Shown: in pieces, positions 19,221 to 32,402 of the stretch
Numbering within the stretch: position 1 is the first letter of the stretch
Layout of the letters: every line of letters starts with the position of its first letter
Assembly (NCBI RefSeq): GCF_001194135.2
Contig: NC_068984.1
Location: forward strand, 80,503,691 to 80,536,166
DNA length: 32,476 nucleotides
Source of the DNA: Octopus bimaculoides
Lineage: Eukaryota
Reading direction: 5' to 3'
The notes under the pieces: model-generated
Seen by the model: the letters and a program-made list of their open reading frames with translations, nothing else
Told to the model about the DNA's origin: nothing
Database searches by the model: none
Position numbers and translations under genes: made by a program

Positions 19221-21699
19221 TACATACCCATCTCTTTTTTTCTTTTCAATATTTTTTCTAAATTTTGTAATGACCAATAACTGAAAATTTAACATTTTGA
19301 ATCATTCAACCACATATGACAGCCGACTGTAAAATAATTACCCTGTTAACTACAAGACAATATCAGCTACGAATTTATTGATTCCAATTTTGTAAAGACC
19401 TGAATCTGAAAGAAAAACTCTAGAGCTTAATTTACTGTTGATAAGCAATGCTTATAATTCTTTTCTCCATCACATGACCTCACATCTGCCATATTCTTTT
19501 CAAACTGGAATATTCTGTGGTTAAATAAAAAATATTCCTTTTTAATATATTGCCATTGCTCTTTATAAACGATTTTTTTTTCTTTCTCTTGTGTATAGGC
19601 TCTGCTAAAGACGGTGACGAGTGAATAATTCTGACTGATTTAAAAGAAAAACCAGAATACGATATTTTTAAGGAAAAAATACAAAATAACTAAAACCATT
19701 TGGTTTTCCTGTCTGGGCGACGTGCAGAGATATTAATTTGTGAACACTTTTGGGAAAACTCATTCAATCTTATTTAGTATGGTATTAGTTTTTAAGATTT
19801 CAGATGTGATATCAAAAGCCTGACATATCGAACAGTGTTTTGCTAAATATAAAAGGAGATATTATTAGAAAAATAATATAATAATACAAAAAAAAAAAGA
19901 CTTGTTCACACTTAAGATTGTTTTATTGTTTGCTTTTAATCTAATGTTATACCATTTCTACATTCCTACTCTTATATTTCCTCACTTGATATGAATGAAG
20001 ATAAGATCTGAATGGCGAAAAGTTAGAAAAAGAAAAAGAAAATAAATATATAAATATATAAAATAAAAATAACTTTATCCGGTTAAATGCGTGTTGTGAT
20101 GTAAAATAACGAATATATATATATTGTAATATATTTGGCAAGATGTTTATCTGAAATCGTCTATTATATTGTAAATATTGTCTTTTGGTAGGGTCAGTTT
20201 TAAAGCAATACACTAATGCACACAAGCACTCACACATATATATATACAAACACACACACACACAAACACATATATACATATTATTAGTATCTAATTCTTT
20301 ATTATTTAATTATTTGTCTGTGTTTATCCAGATATTTTATAAACATTCTTTTGACCTGTTCATTGATTACTGCCGTAGGTTCCTTTGTGTTCTTCTAGTA
20401 CTTGTTCTAGTTATGCTGCAAATGATTCAACGCAAATTTTACCACTTAAAAAATTTACATGACTTTTTATATATTTTATTTTTAGTCTTGCATGGATTCT
20501 GCTCGACCATCTGACCAAAAGCATCTTATCTATAACCATTCCGTACTTTTATGGCTATACGGGATCATGTCATCCAATGAGTCTTTTTTTAATTTTTATT
20601 TTTATTTCACCGCTTAGTCAGAGAAAGACATGTAGCGCCTATGATACTTCTCAGGGTCTCATAGACTAATGAGATGAAGGAAATTATCTTAAGATGGGAA
20701 GCATAGTGCGAAAGCTTTCAATAGTATGGATTCCACTAAATACAAAAGAACATCACTTGATGGAGTTAAACTGTGAGACGGATTAAGCGTACCATCCCAA
20801 AACAGGCTTTTCGACAGCCTTCCACTAAATAATGTGTAATTTGAATGTGATTTGCTTGCTATTTCTAGCAGGCCATACTACCATACAGAGGCTTCCTAAT
20901 TTTGCTTGTATATTAGCCAAGAGAGAACGCAGTGCCTTTGATTTTACACAGAGCCTACGAGATTTATGGGATCGAGGTATCATCAAACCAGACGCTAAGC
21001 CCAAATGCTTGCAAGAGTGAACACTGTAAAAGGCAACGAAGACGCTAGGTGGAGTCTTATGCTGGGGGATAGATAAAGTCTACCACTCAGGTAGACCATG
21101 ACGAGATTTGAACTCAGAGCCAAAATAAAAACAGAAAAGTATCCGATCTGACGTTCTTTAAAAGAGGATTCTCCATTTTCATATACAATATCCAAAATAT
21201 TAACTAACTTATGAAGTAATTAAGGACACCCAAAGCCTTTTCTTAAAGTCATTTCACCACCTCCTCTCTCAACATTACTCCACCGTCATCCTAGTCTATG
21301 TTTCATTACTGTCTTATTCACAATTGATACTTTGAATTCCGTTTGATTATGTCTGCGATCTTTCACAAGTTTTATTCTGACTCCTTGTCTGACCAGAGAC
21401 ATCGGTTGAAATGTTAGTCTCATCTTCATTTTATCTCGCACGATATATCAATATATTCCCCAATTGGTTTTGAACCAATGAGAGAACAGTCACGCACAGG
21501 AGTAATCTTTCTCTCCCTCTCTCACTCACTTTCTCTTCTCTATGTTTGTCTGTCTCTCTGTCTCTGTCTCTCTCTCTTTCTCTCTCTTTTTTTCTGGAGG
21601 ACTAGTGTTCGAAACCTTATACCGCTCTTCTTCCTCACAACATAAAACATATTCCAATGTTTTTAATTACTTGTTTTACTATTTCTTAGCATAGGATAT

Positions 21700-22100
21700 C
21701 AATACTGTTTTGCTAATGAGCTAAATGAAAACTTCAGCAAACTTCAGAAGATATGGAAGTCAAAACTGTCTGCATTCAATAAGGTCATATCCTATAAGCT
21801 TTTCAGTAAAGTGCAAATGCCAACATTAGGATATTAGACTGAACGCTTGAGAAGATATGCTAATTGGACTTCATGTCACAATGAATACTAGTATCTATTG
21901 GTAACTGGCAGCAACATCAGTGGCACTGACAGGATGTATGTTAAACGGAGTCGTGGAGGTCAGTCTAAACAGTCTTTCAGTGTCACGTTGTATCACTCAG
22001 ATGAAATCTACTGAACAACAAAGGCAGAAATGTGTACATCAGATGAATACTCGACAGCAAAAATAATAAAAGCCTGGGAGTAGAGCAAGAAACCCTGAAG
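21700..22100 (+). mobile_element. Old R4/Dong-like LINE fragment (RT thumb / post-RT region)
   Basis: KIWKSKLSAFNKVIS...PTLG (from 21748) and VTGSNISGTDRMYVKRSRGG (21901-21960) resemble the R4-clade motifs IWxSxLSxxNKV and DRLYxxRxxGGRGL. Confidence 0.7.
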
Positions 22101-22200
22101 AGGAAATGTAACGGTTCTATGTGAGCCAAGAGTGGCTGGACAGGCCTATTTGGAGGAAAAATTTTCTTCATATCAGTAGAAAGTTATGCATAGTTACATA

Positions 22201-22615
22201 GGCGCAGGAGTGGCTGTGTGGTAAGTAGCTTGCTTACCAACCACATGGTTCCGGGTTCAGTCCCACTGCGTAGCACCTTGGGTAAGTGTCTTCTACTATA
22301 GCCTCGGGCCGACCAAAGCCTTGTGAGTGGATTTGGTAGACGGAAACTGAAAGAAGCCTGTCGTAAATATGTATATATATGTATATGTGTGTATATGTTT
22401 GTGTGTCTGTGTTCCCCCCCCAACATCACTTGACAACCGATGGTGGTGTGTTTAGGTCCCCGTAACTTAGCGGATCGGCAAAAGAGACCGATAGAATAAG
22501 TACTAGGCACCCAAAGAATAAGTCCTAGGGTCTATTTGCTCGACTAAAGGCGGTGCTCCAGCATGGCCGCAGTCAAATGACTGAAACATGTAAAAAAGTA
22601 AAAAGAGTAAGAGTA
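22201..22615 (+). mobile_element. Youngest-looking full-length SINE family A (OK-like), tRNA-derived
   Basis: A box tggctgtgtgg, B box ggttcagtccc, conserved central domain, internal TA/TG tract and 3' tail gcatggccgcagtcaaatgactgaaac followed by (A)nG-type repeats. No clean TSD. Confidence 0.93.
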
Positions 22616-23569
22616 TCCCGCAAGCTAAAATATACTATCAACATTGACAGGGAGAGTAGCCGCCCTTGGCTCTATGATAGATATCATAACTATCTAGGAT
22701 ATAACACTGCTATCCAGGTGCAGTAGATAATTATTATGAATATCCGATCAATGAATGAGATAAGAATACACCTAAGCTTCCACCTCAGAACAGAAAATAT
22801 TAGTTGTGCCATATCAGTGTGGAAGATATCAGCAACATAATCCGTTGCATAAATATATCTGCAAAGTACTAATTTCTTGTGAGACATGACATTATTGCCG
22901 AAACTGTTTATGTTATCTCCTGGCGGAATTATCTCAACGATCATACAAAAAAAATACAATTGAAGTTAAATGCAACCACACTTTTGAAAGTAAGGCATAT
23001 CGGTGTTTCCAATAAGAAACAACTTGGTGCAAACGCAGCAGGTGTGATACAGGTGCGATATTATTTTTAATGAGCAGAGAACAAAGGTCATGCGCTGTTG
23101 TTAGGTGCCTAGCAAATGTGAATGCCTCGTCTAAACTTGCGATAAACTAGAACATCTATGGCAAAATAATGCAAAGCTTTAGCACTTGTAACTCATATCA
23201 AGACTACAGATTTCCAAATATACCTAATATCGTAGGTGCACCGGACTGTATAACAAGAAGAAAACTGGGATTTACCTAGAATGTAGAAAGCAAATGAATC
23301 GTGTCTTTCCAATTTAATCGTTCAGTTAAGCTTTAATCGTATGCATAAGATTATTAGAACATTTGAAAGATTCTCTATTTCAGTTTCCTTGAGTGAATAC
23401 AAAATCACATAAGTACATATCCATTACATGAGTGCAACAGCATTCACATGTTCCTCGCCTTGCATGTATACTTTATCTCACTAATCTTTTGGCTTCTCTT
23501 CAATCATACAAACTAGTTTTGTCACACTATTATTGACCGGCTTGGATTCAATGAACCTCAGATAACAAT

Positions 23570-23571
<2 letters not shown>

Positions 23572-23605
<34 letters not shown>

Positions 23606-23823
23606 CATACACACACAATCACACCCACACCCACACCCACACACAAACACACACACACACACAAACATCTCTCTCTTCTTTTTCTCTAGCTCTCATTTTC
23701 TTTATGTGTGTGTGTGTGTGTGTGTGTGTGTGGGCGTGCGCGTATTTGTATGTATGTGTGTGCGTCTGTGTATGTGTACCTATATATACATATATATGTA
23801 TATATACATATAGATATACATGC

Positions 23824-23865
<42 letters not shown>

Positions 23866-24133
23866 NNNNNNNNNNNNNNNNNNNNNNNNNNNNNNNNNNN
23901 NNNNNNNNNNNNNNNNNNNNNNNNNNNNNNNNNNNNNNNNNNNNNNNNNNNNNNNNNNNNNNNNNNNNNNNNNNNNNNNNNNNNNNNNNNNNNNNNNNNN
24001 NNNNNNNNNNNNNNNNNNNNNNNNNNNNNNNNNNNNNNNNNNNNNNNNNNNNNNNNNNNNNNNNNNNNNNNNNNNNNNNNNNNNNNNNNNNNNNNNNNNN
24101 NNNNNNNNNNNNNNNNNNNNNNNNNNNNNNNNN

Positions 24134-24175
<42 letters not shown>

Positions 24176-24186
24176 GGGAGAGAGAG
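23572..24186. repeat. (CA)/(TG)/(TA)/(GA) microsatellite complex spanning an N gap
   Basis: Direct reading. Confidence 0.95.
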
Positions 24187-24454
24187 AAGATTTCTAAAGC
24201 AATCCGAAGATACTTGATTTAGTTTCCTGAAATAAAAATATACAAGCGATCATTTTTATACACACTTGCAAATACACATAGAGTTGCGTATAAAAGAGAC
24301 TTGTACATGCATTACACTAGTACAAGTGTATTAATGCATACACCCACGCGTATATTTACAATAACTCGCTCAGATATTCACAAATCCCTGCCTTGAATCA
24401 AACGAAAAATAGTGGAAGTCAATGATAAGCTTCAATTACGCGAAGGTACAAATA

Positions 24455-24540
24455 TCAGCGTATACGCATATGCAAATATGTATCTGTATGCATATGCATA
24501 TACGTAAATATATGTGTGTGTGTGTATGTATCTACATATG

Positions 24541-24571
<31 letters not shown>

Positions 24572-24619
24572 GCATATATATATATATGTATATACATATG
24601 TATGCGTATATATGTATAT

Positions 24620-24699
<80 letters not shown>
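24455..24699. repeat. (TA)n/(TATG)n low-complexity tract
   Basis: Direct reading. Confidence 0.93.
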
Positions 24700-25110
24700 G
24701 AGTGGCTGTGTGGTAGGAATGGTTGCAGGTTCAGTCTCACTGTGAGGCACCTCGGGCAAATGTTTTCTACTATAGCCTCGGGCTGACCAGATCCTTGAGA
24801 GTGAATTTGGTAGGTGGAAACTGAAAGAAGCGTGTCGTGCATATATGTGTTTGTGTGTGTGTGCGTCTGTGTGTGTGTGTGTGTGCGTGTATGTGTGTGT
24901 GCGTGTGTGTGTGTGTTTTTGTATCCTACCGCTTCACAACCGGTGTTAGTGTGTTTACGTCGCCATAAACTAGCGGTTCGGCAAAGCAGATCAATAAATT
25001 AACTACCAGGCTTCAAAAAATGTACGGGGATTGATTCATTTTACTAAGATTGTTCAAAGCTGTGCCCCAGCATGGCCACTTTCTAATGACTGAAAGAAGA
25101 GCAAGATAAA
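24700..25110 (+). mobile_element. Near full-length SINE family A with a deletion in the tRNA head
   Basis: gagtggctgtgtggta...ggttcagtctc...gtgaatttggtaggtggaaactgaaagaagc, TG tract, then ccccagcatggcc...atgactgaaa. Confidence 0.88.
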
Positions 25111-25389
25111 AAATAGGTATATATGTACATATATAAAATTAGATAGACAGAGATTTCTCTGCCTTGCTTTAAGCCCTCAACTGTCGTGCTGGTATTATGA
25201 GCGCCATTGTAACATGACATTTTCTAAGGTATTTTTTAAAACCTAATGGAGCCCATTCGCTCTTCAGGTTTGACGACAGACAAATTCTACAAGAAAGAGG
25301 GAGAGAGAGAGAAACGATGATAGATAAAATGAAAGAGAGGGAGAAAGAATGAGAAAGGGTGAGAAAGAGAGAGGTGTACGTATTTCATA

Positions 25390-25480
25390 TAGTGTTTGAA
25401 CTCAGACCACAGACTACCGGTTGGAATACTGCCAGGAAATACATCCAACACTTTAATGGCTCAGCCAATTTACCACCTAT
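25390..25480 (-). mobile_element. Degraded SINE family B tRNA head
   Basis: Reverse complement aggtggtaaattggctgagcc...ggtctgagttcaaacac. Confidence 0.45.
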
Positions 25481-25554
25481 TTGCGTATGCATAGATTTGT
25501 GTATGTGTCCGTGCGTGTGTGTTATTCATATATAAAATACATATGATGTATATG

Positions 25555-25596
<42 letters not shown>

Positions 25597-25689
25597 TTAT
25601 GCACGCATATGTATGCATATATACTTATATGATAAATATAGATATAACTACAGACGTATATATGCATAAACGTACATCCACATACATGT

Positions 25690-25857
25690 ATCTGTCTGCA
25701 TGTATATATATATATGTGTGTGTGTGTGTGTGCGTGTGTGTGTATAGGCTCAAAGACATATGTATAATTTTTACATTCATTAATAGATAGGCAAGAAAAT
25801 ATATGCATCTGTACACTTGCATACGTACATTTACTTAAATGCCTATATATGAATGTG

Positions 25858-25890
<33 letters not shown>

Positions 25891-25911
25891 TTGCGTGTAT
25901 ATTCATGTGTC

Positions 25912-25955
<44 letters not shown>

Positions 25956-26048
25956 CAAAAGTATATAATTTTTGCATTCGTTAATAAATGGACAAGAAAA
26001 TATATGCATATATATACTTACATGCATACATACATTTTCCTGTATGCC

Positions 26049-26099
<51 letters not shown>

Positions 26100-26110
26100 A
26101 TACATACATA
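25690..26110. repeat. About 205-bp-period tandem duplication embedded in TA/TG microsatellites
   Basis: ctcaaagacatatgtataatttttacattcattaatagataggcaagaaaatatatgcat at 25749 matches ctcaaaagtatataatttttgcattcgttaataaatggacaagaaaatatatgcat at 25954. tgcctatata recurs at about 25840 and 26045. Confidence 0.85.
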
Positions 26111-27815
26111 CTTGTGCGTTTATACGTGTTTCTGTGTGTATGTGTGTGTACGCGTTTGTGATAATGTTGATGATGTTTCCCATTGCATAATAGTTTCATA
26201 TGATCCGAAAACATAAATCTTGTCTGCTCCGCCATCAACACTGAAGGTTTTGAGAAAGTACTATCAATTATCCTCGATACTACGTAATTTTCAGCTGCTA
26301 GTTATCTCCCTCAGAATGGCATCAATAGGTAATGCTTTTAATTACATGAAGCTTTCTCTGTTGAGTCAGATTTCAAATGGAAAGTAACTGTATCTGCCTG
26401 TAATGTATTAGAGGATATGTACATGTATATATTCTCGACAAAAGTGAATGTTACCTCGTAAATATGGAAATAAACAGATACTGTTGTAGGAACACATCTG
26501 AAGAAAAGATTCATTACATTAAGCTTGGCAAAATAAATAACGGCGTCGAAATGGCTATGTTACAGAGATAGGAGAAGAAAAAAATGGGTATGTAATGTGT
26601 CAATGACATTCTCAGGGGTATTATCATGTAAGCAAAATGAAATAGTTTCGACTGGAAATCGAAACTAGTTGGCGTCTCCTTCTGTCAAGAGTTTACCAAA
26701 TGGGCATGACAATTAAATCTTGTACGAGGATGTTTTAAAGAGATAATGGTTGAATAACTGCTGTCAGTGATGGAAATAGTGTAGAGTACGGAGGGTCCGA
26801 ACCCGTAGCTCTTGATTATGGAGCGATTTTATATTTAATATCGGATCATGTCTGCTTTCATATACGTAGAAAAATACCCGCCCCCAACACATTTACGTAA
26901 AGGGGTATCTATGTATGAAATTTTGCCCGTTGCAAGCACTTATAAAAATAACAAGCAATAACTATCAGCAACAATTTTGCAGACGGAAATGTCCGTACTG
27001 GAATTATTTATAGTGCTTGATGAAGATCACCATTTCATTATGAACATGTGCAACAAAATTTTGATCTGCTCGTTTGAACCTATTCGTTGTTTAACTCCAG
27101 GTTAGCTATCATGGAACAGAAACAATTTTGATCAAAGACTATTTCCGCTGTGTCCATACCCTATTTTCTGCTGCAAAGTGTACTCTTGGCAATATTACCT
27201 CATGTGTATTTACTTAGGATGATATATTTGTTGTTTTTGTTGCTGTTTTTTCTTAGATCTGTGGCACTACGGCGGCTATCTCACAGAAACATATCCTCTA
27301 ATATACAGAATCGATTGTCATAAAATTCCTTGACAAGATACAAACTTAAATTAAACAGAATCCACATAAAATGCACACGAAAACGTGAGATTTCCTAGGA
27401 TTTATCGTTATATAAATTTAAATTCGGTGACGATGATTTTTATCAATTCTAACATTTTAACTGCAGAACTCGGGCACAACCCGCTATTAAGACAGCTTAT
27501 TTTGTAAATACGGATGGGAAATTCACGAAACGTATTTAGTTGTTATTAGAAACATAAGATAAAGAACTGAGGAAAAATTAAATGTCTTAACTAAAAACAG
27601 ATAAACATTGAACATAGTCGTGTTTTTAATATAACATAAAAGAAAATCGACTAACATTCTCATAAAAAATATATATATGATATAGAGGCAGTATTAGTAC
27701 CGGGAGGTAATATTTATTTCCACTTGAGCTTGGATGTTCTATTAGAACAAACTTTACTGTGGTGTAAAATGCACGCTTGTTTATATCGCAAGCGCAGAGA
27801 TAAATCCCCTCCAAC

Positions 27816-27976
27816 TATATATATATATATATACACATACATACATACATACATACATACATACATACATACATACATACATACATACGTACATACATAC
27901 GTACGTACGTTCGTACATACATACATACATACATACATACATACATACACACACACATGCATACATACATACATAC
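27816..27976. repeat. (TA)n/(TACA)n microsatellite
   Basis: Direct reading; a second (TACA)n tract lies at about 28120-28198. Confidence 0.95.
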
Positions 27977-28167
27977 AGCCTGAACGGGATAAACTATATT
28001 ATTAGCATTATTCTGCGATTGAGAATTTAAAATCACTTCTTTAACTTTCTAAAAGACATCTCAACGCTTTTAAAAGCAAACTTCGTTTGTTTATTTACGT
28101 TTGTCGTAATTTGAATTTATACATACATACATACATACATACACACATGCATACATACATACATACA

Positions 28168-28200
<33 letters not shown>

Positions 28201-28935
28201 TCCCAAACATTACTCTAGCTATTTAACCTTGTTCTCCCTGCTCAGAGCATTACCCCTCTGAAATTCACTCCATACACATGTTTCTTTCTGTTGCTTGTAA
28301 CCGTCAACTTTTAGCAGTTAGAAAAGAGCACCTGCCACATCAACCGTTCTAATCTCGAAGGCCCAGCCATTACCAAGGACAATACAATATTTTAAAAAAT
28401 CAAATTTCTTCCGCTATTTCAACACATCCCTGAGGTGTTGTATAATGAATGGCATTTGATATTAAAAAGAAATCGTGATGTTATATGTTCAAAACTTCAA
28501 GGTGATATTCGTTGTTCCTTTACTCCTGATTGGCAATTTTCGTCGTTGGTCAACAGTATTACTTAGAAAGTAATTTAACCTCCTCTGCTGAACCTGGGTT
28601 GTTTCCAGAAGCTAGTGCCTAGTCCAAAGTACATTTACCACGCATCAATACGCCACGAAGGAAAGACGAAAAAGTGCGTTCGCAGCATCCATGGAGCAAC
28701 GGAAGAAATTACATATTGGTTAAGCATGATCATACATATCTATCTTAGGGTCCCGCCTTTAGGTCTTTCTGTAGGGCTTTACTTCTTTAGCCTTTTTTAA
28801 AACGTTCTATATGTTACCCTATATGTTACCCTAGAAAGCCTTATTCCCACTGATGTGTATAACAAGCAGCAACAAGAAACTTTCACTCAGCTCAACCTCA
28901 TATGTTAGATCCTTAATCTTCTAGATCTTCTAGAT

Positions 28936-29275
28936 CAGGGGTTCTCAACCATTTTTTTTATATGTGGACTCCTTTGATTGCTATTTTATTTTGAGGGTCC
29001 CTCGTAGCCATTCGATGTTTAAAAACAAGTTTTATAGAATGTTATTTATTATTGCTTTCACACATTAATTTGTGTAGGCTGAACTTTTGAAATGTTAGAG
29101 AAAGAAATCTAGTTGTTTCTTGCAATACATACCAATACCTATGTCTATCTCAAAATTTGTTCAGTGACCCTTAAAATACTATTGTGAATCCCCAATTTAC
29201 TATTTTGTTGTATGGACCCCCAAACATTCGATGTGGACCCTCAGGGGCCTTATGGATCCCGGTTGAGAACTACAG
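28936..29275. mobile_element. hAT-Charlie-type MITE, 340 bp, with 8-bp TSD
   Basis: TIRs CAGGGGTTCTCAACC and GGTTGAGAACtacag. TSD is ttctagat (28928-28935) / ttctaaat (29276-29283), matching the Charlie NTCTAGAN target. Subterminal tggaccc-like motifs are repeated. Confidence 0.88.
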
Positions 29276-29849
29276 TTCTAAATCAACCTTGCTATTGGCT
29301 GAGAAAAGCCAGTGGCCCTGTCAGCGGTTTTTTCTATTTGCTAGTTCCAGGTCAAGCTTTATCCAGTGCATTTTCCAAGACATAGTGCACTGAGAACTAC
29401 ATTATCAAATATGCAATTTTTAAGCGCAGATGATCATAATTTATAAGTTACATGGCTGCAGTTGCTAGTAGATACACTAACCACGACCTTGAAGCAAGTT
29501 AGCTAATATGCAACAGTTTATCCAACAAACATCCACAACTATAACGGTGGGTGTCATAGTAATAACATTTCTAGTCTCTTACAATACCTTGTAATACCTT
29601 ACAGTCACCATATCTGGTACTCGCGTCAGCAAAAGAAAAGAAATTTCAATAAGTGAATCTCTAGCTTTTACAATAATTTGTGCTGGGGAAAATAAAATAG
29701 AACAAAATAAAATAAATTTCATAATAAAATATCGCGTAAAGATTTTTAGTATTCTATATGAAATCGTGAAACAACTATCTTATAAAATAGAATATGTATG
29801 TATGTGTTTGTGCGTGTACGTAGAATAGAAGATACAATAAAATCGATAG

Positions 29850-30115
29850 AATATGTATGTAAATATATATATATATATATATATANNNNNNNNNNNNNNN
29901 NNNNNNNNNNNNNNNNNNNNNNNNNNNNNNNNNNNNNNNNNNNNNNNNNNNNNNNNNNNNNNNNNNNNNNNNNNNNNNNNNNNNNNNNNNNNNNNNNNNN
30001 NNNNNNNNNNNNNNNNNNNNNNNNNNNNNNNNNNNNNNNNNNNNNNNNNNNNNNNNNNNNNNNNNNNNNNNNNNNNNNNNNNNNNNNNNNNNNNNNNNNN
30101 NNNNNNNNNNNNNNN

Positions 30116-30146
<31 letters not shown>

Positions 30147-30195
30147 TACATATATAACTATATATATATATGTATATATGTGTATATATGTGTAT
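29850..30195. repeat. (TA)n tract spanning an N gap
   Basis: Direct reading. Confidence 0.93.
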
Positions 30196-30839
30196 GCGCA
30201 AAGTACGCCACACTTAGTTCGTGAAATACAATAAGTAGCCTATGAAATATTAATGTTCAATATATCATCTCACATACAATATCTTCTGTGTAATACTCAA
30301 TATATCATCGTGTTTCCAGAGACTCACTTATGGAATATGTAACCATTAATTGTTAGAATATATCAGTTATTATGTTGCTTGGAATTGCAAGGCCAACGTA
30401 GTCGTTTTGTCTAGAAATATGAGTTGAACTATCTTAATGACATTCAATTACAGCAATAATAGCTTAGTTTAGTTTTCAGTTGCATTAATAGCTTTCGCTG
30501 ACTTTTTGGCAGTAGTAATAGGTAAGATAAGTACTCAGCAGCATGTGGTTAGTTAGCTTTCGTTCTAGTCTTCTACCACACCGGTTACTTTTCTAAAATG
30601 TATGTGGAATTCATTGATTGAATGGTTAAATTGGTTTCTTTTATTATTGAATGGCTGAATTAATTAAGCCGATAGTGAGTGCATATTTTGATTTTATTTA
30701 TTGATATTTTATTTCATATCGCAGGTTTCCAGTGGGCCAATAATTGGTTCACTGCATTTCTGACGGCAGAATGATAAGAAACTGTCTCTGGTTTTTAACA
30801 GTGTCATGATGATTACACATCGGCGATAGATGCACGCAC

Positions 30840-30914
30840 AAACATATATACCTATATGTGTGTGTGCGCGCGCATATATATATATATGTATGTATATAGA
30901 TAGATATATATATA

Positions 30915-30948
<34 letters not shown>

Positions 30949-30962
30949 TAGATGTAGCTATA

Positions 30963-31008
<46 letters not shown>

Positions 31009-31536
31009 NNNNNNNNNNNNNNNNNNNNNNNNNNNNNNNNNNNNNNNNNNNNNNNNNNNNNNNNNNNNNNNNNNNNNNNNNNNNNNNNNNNNNNNNNNNN
31101 NNNNNNNNNNNNNNNNNNNNNNNNNNNNNNNNNNNNNNNNNNNNNNNNNNNNNNNNNNNNNNNNNNNNNNNNNNNNNNNNNNNNNNNNNNNNNNNNNNNN
31201 NNNNNNNNNNNNNNNNNNNNNNNNNNNNNNNNNNNNNNNNNNNNNNNNNNNNNNNNNNNNNNNNNNNNNNNNNNNNNNNNNNNNNNNNNNNNNNNNNNNN
31301 NNNNNNNNNNNNNNNNNNNNNNNNNNNNNNNNNNNNNNNNNNNNNNNNNNNNNNNNNNNNNNNNNNNNNNNNNNNNNNNNNNNNNNNNNNNNNNNNNNNN
31401 NNNNNNNNNNNNNNNNNNNNNNNNNNNNNNNNNNNNNNNNNNNNNNNNNNNNNNNNNNNNNNNNNNNNNNNNNNNNNNNNNNNNNNNNNNNNNNNNNNNN
31501 NNNNNNNNNNNNNNNNNNNNNNNNNNNNNNATATAT
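30840..31536. repeat. (TA)/(GA) microsatellite complex spanning an N gap
   Basis: Direct reading. Confidence 0.93.
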
Positions 31537-32402
31537 GAAATGTAATTTAGATTCAGTGGAATTAGGTACTTAAATTGAAGCACCTTGTTAGAACAAACTT
31601 ATTTGCACACTCAGGCAATATTAAGTGACTATCAAACTCTATATAAAATGTTTTCCACCCGATATTAATGCAGTGTGTGCAGATGGCACGATCCAACTTG
31701 GTGAATAAATCCGCTCTTATTTCTTTAGATATGTACTCAACATAAATATACTTTCCAAATACATTCGAAGTGCAGTTTTCAGTGTAGGTGAGTAAAATAT
31801 AAATGAGTAATAAAAATGTATAAGTTTCAATTCATTACGGCCGTTTCGAGTGACTCCTTTAATTAATCGAAGAAAGCATTAAATCTTTATTAATAAAACA
31901 GTTCTTATCAGGTAACCACATAGACTTCAAGTATATAGGACAAGTTAGATATTTAAACATATTTATATCATGAATAGAGAGCAAATATTCACAATGATTC
32001 CGCAGCTAAATTTTTTGGCAGAATGAAAAAAGAACAGGAGAGCGACAGTTATAAATTTATTAGTATCATGAAAGCCCGTTCTACTATCTGAGAAAATGGA
32101 ACTTTACATCTGGCTATACCGAAACTAGAGGGTAAGTCATGGGGAGGTAAACGAGAATGTATGGTGGTACTAGAAAGAAAAGAGGGGATAGGTATAACTA
32201 ATAAGGCTTATTTTGATTGTCATCTTAAAGGGTAAGAAAAGTGAAATGTTAAAAGGAATACCTCTTAAAGGATTATGGGTGGGATAAAGCAAAATATAAA
32301 TATATAGATGGTGCTCGAAACATAAGGGATGTTACCTTAATTCACTGGTAGTGAACAGCTGGCACCGTAGTACATCTCCAGCGATAGAAGTTGTGCAAAG
32401 AC

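Noticed and set aside
22201-22275. tRNA-like sequence with A and B boxes (also 7476-7545)
   Set aside because: These are SINE heads continuing into SINE bodies, with no complete cloverleaf, so they are not tRNA genes.
26723-26760. TACGAGGATGTTTTAAAGAG, mariner-TIR-like
   Set aside because: Weak match, with no partner TIR or transposase remnant.
30700-30774. Splice-acceptor-like site followed by FQWANNWFTAFLTAE* (similar lone acceptors near 8597, 8948 and 19598)
   Set aside because: Pyrimidine-AG motifs are common in AT-rich DNA, and no donor or homology supports exon status.
972-31583. Long ORFs in the supplied track that cross N runs or consist of VC/YI/TH/poly-V/poly-T repeats
   Set aside because: They are artefacts of assembly gaps and microsatellites with no real coding signal.
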